Assembly (NCBI GenBank): GCA_021776655.1
Contig: JAJFFK010000037.1
Coordinates: forward strand, 64,815 to 128,814
Direction: 5' to 3'
Source of the DNA: Henriciella sp.
GTDB taxonomy: Bacteria; Pseudomonadota; Alphaproteobacteria; Caulobacterales; Hyphomonadaceae
DNA length: 64,000 nt
Shown here piece by piece: positions 55,800 through 64,000 of this stretch (the stretch's first letter is position 1; each line of letters begins with the position of its first letter). The notes under the pieces were generated by a model, which saw only the letters and a list, made by a program, of their open reading frames with translations, did no database searches and was not told where the DNA came from. The translations under genes and the position numbers were made by a program.

Positions 55800-57743
55800 T
55801 TGACTGCAGAAACCATATATCAGGTCCCCAAAGAATTTGCCTGGGGCGCAAAACTGAGCCCGCGATCTTACCGGGTGAAGTATGATGCCTCAATTGCCAA
55901 CCCGGAACAGTTTTGGGCCAAGGAAGGCGAGCGCCTCGACTGGATGACGCCCTACACAAAGGTCAGGAACGCCTCGTTTGAGCAAGCTGATTTCGGTATT
56001 CGTTGGTATGAAGACGGTGTCCTGAATGTCAGCGCCAATTGCATTGATCGCCACCTAGAGACGCGCGGCGACAAGTCTGCCTTCATCTGGGAGGGCGACG
56101 AGCCGGGCGATAGCGCGGTCATCACGTACAAGACGCTACATCACGCTGTCTGCAAATTCGCAAATGTCCTTAAAAAACTCGGCGTCAAGAAAGGCGACCG
56201 GGTGACGATCTATATGCCAATGATTGTTGAGGCGGCCTATGCCATGCTCGCCTGCGCGCGCATTGGCGCTGTGCATTCAGTTGTGTTCGGCGGCTTTAGT
56301 CCCGAGGCCTTGTCCGGGCGGGTCATTGATTGCGATTCAAAGTGCATCATTACCGCCGATGAGGGCGTTCGAGCTGGTCGCAAGGTTCCACTCAAGGTGA
56401 ATGTCGATGCCGCCTGCGAGATTGCTGGCGACCTGGTTGAATCGGTTCTCGTCGTGCGCCGTACAGGTACGCCGGTGGCGATGAAAGAGGGCCGGGATCA
56501 CTGGCTCGATGAGATCGGTGCAACCGTTTCTGCTGACTGTCTGCCAGAACCGATGAGTGCCGAGGATCCGCTCTTCATTCTCTATACGTCTGGCTCGACA
56601 GGGAAACCAAAAGGTGTCTTGCACACCACAGGCGGATACCTGGTTTGGGCCAGCATGACGCATGAATACGTCTTCGACCTGAAGGAGGACGATGTATATT
56701 GGTGTTCGGCAGATGTCGGTTGGGTCACCGGACACAGCTATATCGTCTATGGTCCGTTGGCGAATGGCGCGACCAGCCTAATGTTTGAGGGCGTGCCAAC
56801 ATACCCGGATGCATCACGTTTCTGGCAGGTTTGCGACAAGCATCAGGTAACAATATTCTACACCGCGCCAACTGCAATACGCGCGCTGATGCGTGAAGGC
56901 GACGGCCCGGTTAAAGCCACGAGCCGCAGCTCGCTACGCTTACTCGGTACAGTTGGAGAGCCGATCAATCCGGAAGCTTGGGAATGGTATTTCCACACCG
57001 TGGGCGACGAGCGTTGCCCGATTGTGGATACATGGTGGCAGACCGAAACAGGCGGTGCGATGATTGTCCCACTGCCTGGCACAACCGACATGAAGCCAGG
57101 CGCAGGTAGCCATCCATTCTTTGGCGTTCAACTCGCGCTGGTTGATGCCGATGGTAATATTCTTGAGGGCGAGGCGGAAGGTAATCTGATTATTACCGAT
57201 AGCTGGCCTGGCCAAATGCGCACGGTGTATGGCGATCATCAGCGCTTTATCGACACATATTTTACGGCTTATCCCGGAAACTATTTCACGGGTGATGGAT
57301 GCCGACGTGACGCGGACGGGTTCTACTGGATCACCGGCCGCGTCGATGATGTCATCAACGTATCTGGTCACCGGATGGGGACAGCGGAAGTGGAGAGTGC
57401 ATTGGTCTCACATGATGCGGTCGCTGAAGCTGCCGTTATTGGCTATCCGCACGAGATCAAAGGGCAGGGCATCTATGCCTATGTTACAGTCAGAGCCGGT
57501 GTCGAGGTTGATGATGAGTTGAAAGCCAGTTTGGTCGCGCATGTCCGAGAAGAAATTGGCCCGGTTGCCAGTCCTGATCTGATCCAGTTTGCGCCGGGCT
57601 TACCGAAAACTCGGTCAGGCAAAATCATGCGGCGGATATTGCGGAAAATAGCCGAGAATGATTTCACTAATCTTGGCGACACGTCGACACTTGCCGAGCC
57701 AGAAGTTGTTGAGGACTTGATTGAGAATCGGCAAAATCGCTAG
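55800..57743 (+). CDS. acs: Acetyl-CoA synthetase
   Basis: 647 aa. [15 protein letters not shown]-binding motif, [14 protein letters not shown], and the C-terminal [20 protein letters not shown] start preceded by GGGAGA. Confidence 0.95.
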   Translation: MTAETIYQVPKEFAWGAKLSPRSYRVKYDASIANPEQFWAKEGERLDWMTPYTKVRNASFEQADFGIRWYEDGVLNVSANCIDRHLETRGDKSAFIWEGDEPGDSAVITYKTLHHAVCKFANVLKKLGVKKGDRVTIYMPMIVEAAYAMLACARIGAVHSVVFGGFSPEALSGRVIDCDSKCIITADEGVRAGRKVPLKVNVDAACEIAGDLVESVLVVRRTGTPVAMKEGRDHWLDEIGATVSADCLPEPMSAEDPLFILYTSGSTGKPKGVLHTTGGYLVWASMTHEYVFDLKEDDVYWCSADVGWVTGHSYIVYGPLANGATSLMFEGVPTYPDASRFWQVCDKHQVTIFYTAPTAIRALMREGDGPVKATSRSSLRLLGTVGEPINPEAWEWYFHTVGDERCPIVDTWWQTETGGAMIVPLPGTTDMKPGAGSHPFFGVQLALVDADGNILEGEAEGNLIITDSWPGQMRTVYGDHQRFIDTYFTAYPGNYFTGDGCRRDADGFYWITGRVDDVINVSGHRMGTAEVESALVSHDAVAEAAVIGYPHEIKGQGIYAYVTVRAGVEVDDELKASLVAHVREEIGPVASPDLIQFAPGLPKTRSGKIMRRILRKIAENDFTNLGDTSTLAEPEVVEDLIENRQNR

Positions 57744-59344
57744 GATTTCGATTTCTTTTTAGCGCCCGCCCCGGACTTCTTTTTCTTCTTCTTTTTCTTC
57801 GGCTTAGGTGCGTCAGCTTTAACTGCCTTTGGAGTCGCTTCTGGCGGCGGCATCGGGGGCTTCATCCGGGTGCGGTGAAACGTCTTGCGCTTGGTGGCTT
57901 TTTTTCCTGTCACACGGGATTTTCGGGTCGATGCAACAGCCAGCAATTCGTCCAACGAGTCCTTCAGACATTGAATGAAGAACGGCGTGTCCGGCATCAT
58001 TTGGCGGGTTGTGGTGACGTTAAACGTGATCCGGCCATCATAACTTGGCGTGGCGATGAAGAGGCCCATGCCTGCCCCAATCGGAGCGAGCGCATAGGCG
58101 TCGCTCACTTTCGCGCCGCAGAAATAAATTGGGAATTGTAGCCCTGCAACATTTGAAACGATCGCATTGCCCGTCTGCTCATTGGCCAGTCCGGAATTGA
58201 TCAGCAACGGCCCGAGGGTTGCCAGAGCGAAAGGTGGGACATGCTTGGAGAGATCCGTCATCACGCGGGCACCTAGGCCGCTTTTTTCGGCTTTGGCAGA
58301 CTGCGACGCAATTGTAATGGCTTTCAATCGGTCGAGTGGATCGGGAATATTGGTGAACAATGGCACAGTCATCGCTGAAATGTTGTTGCCGTCACTTTCT
58401 TGTGCGGACCCGCTACCGCTTCGCTTGTTGACCGGCGCCGTGATTACCAGGGTTTCTTTTGGCAATTCTTTCTTGGCGCTGAGATAGGTTCGAAGCGCGC
58501 CTGAACAGACGGCCAAAACGACGTCATTGATTTTCACGTCATTGAAGGCTGAGCATACCGTTTTGAAATCCGCCAGAGCAAAGACTGCTGCATCGAAAGC
58601 GCGGTTGGGAGAAACTTCTCCATTGAAGCGTGTTGACGGGATTGATACGCCTTCGCTTTGCCCCTGTGTCGCTCTGCGCGCGGCCGCTTTGGTAAGGGTC
58701 GGCCCGAGACGCAGCGCGGCATTAGCAAAACGGAGCGGTGCGGTGGCATTGTTTACGGCGGCACGGGTAAGGAGTTGATTAGATGTAGGTGTGCTTTCAC
58801 GTACCATCGTCCGGCGCGCAGGCGGCGGAATAAGCGGTGGACCGTCAGGCCCTGCGTCCATCATCGAGAACATGAATTCCTGAGCTGAAGTGCCATCCAC
58901 GGCGGAATGGTGCATCTTGACCACAATCGCAAACGACCCTTCGCTATAGTTCTCGACATTGGTTAGCCCCTCAATGACGAAAACCTCCCAAAGCGGGCGG
59001 GACATGTCGAGTGGGCGTGAGTGAATACGCGCGATGTGGATACAGAGTTGGCGCCAATCTGCCGGCTCGGGCAGGCGGCCATGGCGGACATGATATTCCA
59101 GATCAAAATGCGGATCTTCAACCCAATAAGGGAAATCAACATTGAACGGCAGGCGCATTAGTTTTTGACTGTAAAGCGGCGCATTTGATAGACGGTTCTC
59201 TATTGTCGAGAGAATTTCCTTGAATCGAACCAAACCGTTTGGCGCGGTTGCCTGATCACAAATCATCACCGAGGTAACGTGTGAGGCGATCTTTCCATCT
59301 TCCATGAACAGGAATTGGGCATCTTGGGGCTTAAGCTGTTTCAT
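57740..59344 (-). CDS. Wax ester synthase/diacylglycerol acyltransferase (WS/DGAT) family protein with poly-lysine C-terminal tail
   Basis: Active-site motif HHSAVDGTS (HHxxxDG) and the N-terminal WS/DGAT pattern ([15 protein letters not shown]...). C-terminus ..[22 protein letters not shown]. Confidence 0.8.
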   Translation of the reverse strand: MKQLKPQDAQFLFMEDGKIASHVTSVMICDQATAPNGLVRFKEILSTIENRLSNAPLYSQKLMRLPFNVDFPYWVEDPHFDLEYHVRHGRLPEPADWRQLCIHIARIHSRPLDMSRPLWEVFVIEGLTNVENYSEGSFAIVVKMHHSAVDGTSAQEFMFSMMDAGPDGPPLIPPPARRTMVRESTPTSNQLLTRAAVNNATAPLRFANAALRLGPTLTKAAARRATQGQSEGVSIPSTRFNGEVSPNRAFDAAVFALADFKTVCSAFNDVKINDVVLAVCSGALRTYLSAKKELPKETLVITAPVNKRSGSGSAQESDGNNISAMTVPLFTNIPDPLDRLKAITIASQSAKAEKSGLGARVMTDLSKHVPPFALATLGPLLINSGLANEQTGNAIVSNVAGLQFPIYFCGAKVSDAYALAPIGAGMGLFIATPSYDGRITFNVTTTRQMMPDTPFFIQCLKDSLDELLAVASTRKSRVTGKKATKRKTFHRTRMKPPMPPPEATPKAVKADAPKPKKKKKKKKSGAGAKKKSKS

Positions 59345-59435
59345 GTACTCAACGATTCAATTTTGCGCAGGTCTGCAGGCTATATACGACAACAATCCAA
59401 TTATGGTGAATCTGGTGTGCAAAATTTGCGCCAAA

Positions 59436-61877
59436 TCAACCGTCTGATACAACCCTGAGCTGGCGCTCATTTGGGCTATCTGCCGGATTAAGGCGGGCTT
59501 CTTCCGCACGTGTGCGAATGAGCTTCAACTCATGGGTGACTGTCTTTATTTCCTTCAAGAATGCCAATCGGGCCGTGCGATCCCCGCTTTTTCCGTCAGG
59601 AATCAGTCCACGATTTTGGGCCAGTTGATAGCCATTGGAGAACATAAGTTTTCCGATAGATTCTTCGCTGGTGATCTGGCGTTGCAGATAAGCCTGTTTG
59701 CCCAATTTCAAAGCGCTCTCGACGACCGATTTTTGGGCCAGATCTTCGCCTGGCTCTGTTTTTGAAATAATGTCAGCGACGATGCTATAGGCCTCGACAA
59801 AGGGTCTCAAAACCGCGTGTGAAACCAGAGGCGTGAGGTTTCGTAGCATCGCGTCGGCCTCGCCTGCGATCAAACGTGTTTTCCAATCAGGTATTGATCG
59901 CACAAGCTCAGCCTCAATAACTTTCTGGTGGTCGACCCAATCTGGATAGAAAAATTCGAATTTAAACACATCACGCACATGCTTAATCGCCTCCCAGAAG
60001 GCCTCAATTGTGACGGCTTTGGAGAGCCGTGACATCCGCAAAAGGGCGACCTCAATCAGCGCCTTGTCGACGAAGAAATGAATTGAATTGTTGCGATAAT
60101 AACTAGCCTCAAAATGCTTGCCGTCGGCAATTGAAAAGACACTTTCAGTGCCGCCATCATAGCGTGACACGATACCAATTTCGATCATCGCACGGGCAAC
60201 ATTCCGAACACGCTCTTCATCGGGAACTTGTAACTCCTCTGTCATCGGTAGATTTCTCTCCCGCGCCCAATCGGCCAGCGCCACCATTTCCCGGCTGGAT
60301 TCAGTCTCGGTCAGGGCTTGCGGTGCGGCACCAGTCAAAACCAGAGAGTATAGCGATGAAGGGGTGAGCGGCGTTACGGCATTGGCGTTGACCGAGGCTT
60401 CAAAGGCCAGCTTCTGCAACTCGATTGAGAAACTGTCTGAGCCGGCCTCGAGCGCAGTTTTGAATTTTTTGCTGGTTGTATCGACAACAACCGGATCGCC
60501 AATGCCAATGGAAATACGGCCTAGCGGCTTGCGCAAGCTACGCAAATAGCCAATGAACCAGGATATGCTCTCGCGCCTTTTGGTCGTGCCTGATTGTTCG
60601 CGCGCATAATCGCCCAACTCGGCGATAAGGTCATAGTAGATTGATATTGGAACGATGTTCATATCTGTAATGTTCTTGTTTGCGGCCGCTTCTACGACAT
60701 ATTTGAGGATGCCAAATCGCGGCGGCATCAGCTTGCCATTGCGTGAACGTGTGCCCTCCAGCGCCCAGGATATCGGGAAGCGTTTTTCCAAAAGCCATGT
60801 CAGGTAGAACCTGAGTACGGCTTTATAGACGGTTGAATCCATCTTGCGGCGTATGAAAATTGTGCCCGCGCGGCTCATCAAATAGCCGACACCAAAGAAG
60901 GCCATATTGTTACCACCGATTGTATGGACCAGTGGGAACCGCTCGTCCTGTGTGGACAGTAGAATGGCAAAACCATCAATATGGGTCTTGTGGGTCCAGA
61001 CGAGCGCGGTTGGCTTGGTCAGCGCAAGTTCACGTACTTCATTCATTCTCGCTTTGTCGTAGACCAGGTCTTTTTCGTAACCGAGACTGCTGACCTTGCG
61101 CGCAAAGCTACCACTGAGGCTGATATGCGGCGCTTGAATATTCGGGACGAGTTCTTTCAGGCACGCTCTGGCTTCGATTTTGACAGCCTCAAGTGTCTCA
61201 CCTGTTTCGCCGGCAATTTCCGCTAATTGCGCTTGAAAGTGAGGACGCCCCCAGATCGATCGGCGGGCATGTCGCGGATATTTTACCGTGTCGCCAGTGG
61301 CCCGGCGCGAATCGCGTTCAATCGTGACTGCGGCTTCCAGCGCAATGAAATTAGCTAACAAGTTGAGGTCAGTGCGAGCTGGCGCGAGAGAGTCAGCGGC
61401 CATACTGTCATATTTGGCTTGTAGGGCCTTGAGCGTTCCAAACTCACCAACCACGATGGCGGCTCGCTCCGGGCTAGTGTTCAGGACGCGGCCTTGACGC
61501 CAATTGCTTTGAACCAGGCGCGTCCAGGAATGGATTGCTAGCCAGGATTGACGGTCCTGGGTTTTAGGCTTCCAGACCACGCCAATGGGAACAATATCAA
61601 GGGTTTCAGATACTCCAATACGCTCGGCAAGGCCTTCATGTACCAGATCGTCACCTTGGTGGCGTTCGCCGAACCAGGCTATGCAGGCGCGCTCGTCTTC
61701 GGGCAGTCCTTCAAAATGCTCATCAATGTATGATTGCAGAATACGCCGTTCGGTTTTGGTATTGGCGAACATCAACATCAGGCGTGGGCGTCCCGGACGA
61801 TTGGGCAAAGCGCCGACAATCTGAACGCCCGTGGAGGTCATTCGGGATACTTGATTTCTATCGCCCGTGTCCGTCAT
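59436..61877 (-). CDS. plsB: Glycerol-3-phosphate acyltransferase, PlsB-like
   Basis: 813 aa. Acyltransferase blocks VWTHKTHIDGF (HX4D), GTIFIRRK, ALEGTRSRNGKL, IVPISIYYD. Same size class as E. coli PlsB. Confidence 0.75.
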   Translation of the reverse strand: MTDTGDRNQVSRMTSTGVQIVGALPNRPGRPRLMLMFANTKTERRILQSYIDEHFEGLPEDERACIAWFGERHQGDDLVHEGLAERIGVSETLDIVPIGVVWKPKTQDRQSWLAIHSWTRLVQSNWRQGRVLNTSPERAAIVVGEFGTLKALQAKYDSMAADSLAPARTDLNLLANFIALEAAVTIERDSRRATGDTVKYPRHARRSIWGRPHFQAQLAEIAGETGETLEAVKIEARACLKELVPNIQAPHISLSGSFARKVSSLGYEKDLVYDKARMNEVRELALTKPTALVWTHKTHIDGFAILLSTQDERFPLVHTIGGNNMAFFGVGYLMSRAGTIFIRRKMDSTVYKAVLRFYLTWLLEKRFPISWALEGTRSRNGKLMPPRFGILKYVVEAAANKNITDMNIVPISIYYDLIAELGDYAREQSGTTKRRESISWFIGYLRSLRKPLGRISIGIGDPVVVDTTSKKFKTALEAGSDSFSIELQKLAFEASVNANAVTPLTPSSLYSLVLTGAAPQALTETESSREMVALADWARERNLPMTEELQVPDEERVRNVARAMIEIGIVSRYDGGTESVFSIADGKHFEASYYRNNSIHFFVDKALIEVALLRMSRLSKAVTIEAFWEAIKHVRDVFKFEFFYPDWVDHQKVIEAELVRSIPDWKTRLIAGEADAMLRNLTPLVSHAVLRPFVEAYSIVADIISKTEPGEDLAQKSVVESALKLGKQAYLQRQITSEESIGKLMFSNGYQLAQNRGLIPDGKSGDRTARLAFLKEIKTVTHELKLIRTRAEEARLNPADSPNERQLRVVSDG

Positions 61878-61879
61878 GA

Positions 61880-62881
61880 CTATCCTGGCTCGGCTTCTGA
61901 CTGGGTCTGCGTTCGCAGCAGGCCTCGAAAAGCACGGCGTGCTGTCGAGCCTTCGTGGCAGGCTTTGTAGACTTCGTGCGCAATCGGCATTTCGATGCCA
62001 TGCTCGGCGGCCAAATCCATCACGATCTTGCTGGAATTGATCCCTTCGGCGACCTGATTCATGTCTTTGATGATCTGGTCAACGGTTTGGCCTTTGCCAA
62101 GTTCAACGCCAACATGATGGTTGCGGCTGAGGCTGGATGTGCAGGTCGCCATCAAGTCGCCGAGGCCCGCTAGGCCGGCAAATGTTTCAGGGCGTCCGCC
62201 CATTGCGACACCTAGCCTGGTGATTTCGGACAAGCCGCGCGTGATCACCGCTGACCGCGTATTCTCGCCAGCGCCTGTGCCGTCGCCCATGCCAGACGCA
62301 ATCGCGATTACATTCTTGAGGGCTCCACCAAGTTCGCAACCAACCATGTCGGTGCTGCGATAGACTCGAAACAGATTGGACTGGAAGACCGCTTGCAGGC
62401 GCGCGACAATCGTTTCGTCTTCAACCGCTATTACGGTTGCAGCAGCGTAGCCCTGTACGATTTCGCGGGCCAGATTGGGGCCGGTCAAAACCCCGGGAGG
62501 ATGACCCGGCAGGATTTCCTCGATGATTTCGGTCATCCGGTAGCGGGTTTCCGGTTCGAACCCCTTGGCCAGGCTAACCACAGGAACCCAGGCGCGAATG
62601 TGCGGCTTGATGCTGATCAGGGTCTGGCGCATGGCCTTTGAAGGAACGCCCATCACGACCAAATCCGCGTTGCGCACGGCGTCGGCCAAGTCATCAGTCG
62701 CTTTGAGGTCTTTATGCAACTTCAGGCCAGGGAGATAGCGACTATTGGCCCTGTTCTCGTTGATATCAATCGTCGTTTTTCGATCGCGAGCCCAGAGGAC
62801 CGTAGGCGCATTTGCGGCGACAATAGAGGCCACCGTGGTTCCCCACGAGCCAGCCCCGATAACAGCAACTTTCAGGTCCAT
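61880..62881 (-). CDS. gpsA: NAD(P)H-dependent glycerol-3-phosphate dehydrogenase
   Basis: KVAVIGAGSWGTT Rossmann motif, LAKGFE, GALKNVIAIASG, and a C-terminal helical domain. The stop lies 2 nt from the plsB-like start. Confidence 0.9.
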   Translation of the reverse strand: MDLKVAVIGAGSWGTTVASIVAANAPTVLWARDRKTTIDINENRANSRYLPGLKLHKDLKATDDLADAVRNADLVVMGVPSKAMRQTLISIKPHIRAWVPVVSLAKGFEPETRYRMTEIIEEILPGHPPGVLTGPNLAREIVQGYAAATVIAVEDETIVARLQAVFQSNLFRVYRSTDMVGCELGGALKNVIAIASGMGDGTGAGENTRSAVITRGLSEITRLGVAMGGRPETFAGLAGLGDLMATCTSSLSRNHHVGVELGKGQTVDQIIKDMNQVAEGINSSKIVMDLAAEHGIEMPIAHEVYKACHEGSTARRAFRGLLRTQTQSEAEPG

Positions 62882-63011
62882 TCAGTGCCTCCCGCGTGGT
62901 CCGTGAAAACGTATGATCACGTGGCTTGAAAGCACTCTATGCAACAAATTGTCATTTGGGAATTGCAAACCTAGGAAATTGAAAAATCAACACATAAACA
63001 GGTGTGTGCCG

Positions 63012-64000
63012 TTAAAGCGTGTCGCTTTGGCCGAGTGTATCCAGGAATTTCTGCCGCACGTCGTCGACATGTTTATTGAGGGTTTTTATCGTCCATCGCT
63101 TGGTCTTGATCGGCTTGAGGACGGTCACCTTGATCTGCGTCGGCTTGGCAATGTGCTGACCTTTCGGCAGAGCATCGGAGCTGTTGTGGATAACCACAGG
63201 CACGATCGGTACGCCAGCTTGCATCGCGATATGGAAGGCTCCCTTTTTGAACGCCCCCAGTTTCTTACCCCGACTGCGAGTTCCCTCTGGGGCCAGGCAC
63301 ACGGACAGGTTCTCTTCTGTAAGGGCGGTGATGACAGGTTTGATCTGCTCAATTGCTTTGGCCGACGAAGACCTGTCGATAAAGACGACACCGGCATATG
63401 TCAGTGCTGGCCCGACAATCGGAAACTTCTTGATTTCCTGCTTGCCAATGCCGGTAAAATCCTGTCGCAATAATTTGCCAATTACCACAGTATCAATCGA
63501 GCTTTGGTGATTGAAGATGAACACAGCAGGGCGGTGCGACCAGAGATGTTCCTCGCCTTCGATATCATAGGTTAATCCGGCGAAGGCCGACGCGAAATCT
63601 GTCCAGATCGACATACTGGCATTCAAAGCGGTACGCTTGTTCCCAGATGCCGCCCAGAGCGGCGCTGTCAGCGCCATCGATGTTGGCAGCATGGCATAGA
63701 TCGCCCCTGTACGGGCAATCTGAGATAGGGTTGGGCGACCACCACTCTTGAAGTTACAGACCGGGTAACTTCGGTTGCGAGAGATGGCGGTCAGTTTCTT
63801 GCTCGGATTAACCACGCGTGGGTGGCCCACTACTTCGAGCAAAGGCAGGTCGTCTTCACTATCTGTATAGAAGAAACTATCTTCGAGATCAGCTTCAAAC
63901 TCTTCGCAAAAATCTTCTCCGGCGGTGCGTTTGCCTTCGCCGAAACAGGTTGGACTGATCACTTCGCCAGTGAATACGCCGTCTTCCACTTCAAGATCAG
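63012..64000 (-). CDS. HAD-IB hydrolase / 1-acyl-sn-glycerol-3-phosphate acyltransferase (PlsC) fusion, N-terminus outside window
   Basis: PlsC blocks FIFNHQSSID (NHX4D), VFIDR, LAPEGTRS, VPIVPVVI. The upstream part (FYTDSEDDLPLLEVVGHPRVVNPSKKL) is the end of a HAD-IB domain. The frame remains open to the window edge. Confidence 0.75.
   Translation of the reverse strand, partial: DLEVEDGVFTGEVISPTCFGEGKRTAGEDFCEEFEADLEDSFFYTDSEDDLPLLEVVGHPRVVNPSKKLTAISRNRSYPVCNFKSGGRPTLSQIARTGAIYAMLPTSMALTAPLWAASGNKRTALNASMSIWTDFASAFAGLTYDIEGEEHLWSHRPAVFIFNHQSSIDTVVIGKLLRQDFTGIGKQEIKKFPIVGPALTYAGVVFIDRSSSAKAIEQIKPVITALTEENLSVCLAPEGTRSRGKKLGAFKKGAFHIAMQAGVPIVPVVIHNSSDALPKGQHIAKPTQIKVTVLKPIKTKRWTIKTLNKHVDDVRQKFLDTLGQSDTL

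Noticed and set aside
57740-57743. Convergent genes with overlapping or abutting stop codons. acs and WS/DGAT share CTAG. AKR and the GH78-like gene overlap by 4 nt at 16718-16721. The phosphatase and kinase abut at 23446/23447.
   Set aside because: These are real in the sequence, but compact convergent ends are common in dense bacterial genomes. There is no hairpin or additional signal to suggest a specific mechanism.
1-64000. CRISPR arrays, rRNA operons, prophage structural genes, toxin-antitoxin pairs
   Set aside because: On visual inspection I saw no regularly spaced direct repeats and no rRNA-like sequence. There are no capsid, tail or terminase-like translations, and no small two-gene cassettes with TA-like motifs. 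An exhaustive repeat search was not possible by eye.

Overview
This is a 64-kb chromosomal window of roughly mid-50s % G+C by eye, densely coding on both strands. I found no rRNA and no CRISPR array. The gene content (rplU-rpmA ... obg-proB, many TonB-dependent receptors, an ECF sigma/kinase pair) suggests an aquatic or marine alphaproteobacterium, but that is inference only.

Layout:
- 1-22.6 kb: a TonB-receptor-rich sugar-utilisation locus. It holds a GntR/FadR regulator, an L-rhamnonate-dehydratase-like enolase, an SDR, a FAH-family hydrolase, a lactonase, an aldo/keto reductase, a GH78-like rhamnosidase and a GPH symporter. An M19 dipeptidase/DUF3604 pair sits at its end. A recurring ATTGGT-N3-ACCAAT palindrome lies in almost every intergenic promoter region of this locus.
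- 22.7-34.3 kb: a signalling island. A PPP-type phosphatase is convergent with an ECF sigma factor/Ser-Thr kinase pair. That pair is divergent from a tightly packed 7-gene operon: two small membrane proteins, an SPFH/flotillin-like protein, an FHA protein, a transmembrane Ser/Thr kinase, a leaderless papain-like peptidase and a lipoprotein. Four consecutive products of this operon carry CxxC...CxxC zinc ribbons. This operon is my best candidate for an undescribed system.
- 34.5-42.7 kb: transporters, GST, a PLP decarboxylase, an IS3-family scar truncating a cysteine-synthase/glutaredoxin gene, betA with a short BCCT-like transporter, and an integrase fragment next to tRNA-Ser(CGA). Together these look like a decayed island.
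- 42.8-48.7 kb: housekeeping genes (rplU with a long C-terminal extension, rpmA, obg, proB).
- 48.7-53.5 kb: a cobalamin riboswitch followed by btuB-FCD-like genes.
- 53.5-57.7 kb: DUF4212/SSF symporter and acs.
- 57.7-64 kb: a glycerolipid cluster (HAD-PlsC fusion, gpsA, plsB-like, and a WS/DGAT with a poly-lysine tail).

All functional calls rest on motifs I read in the translations. No database search was possible.
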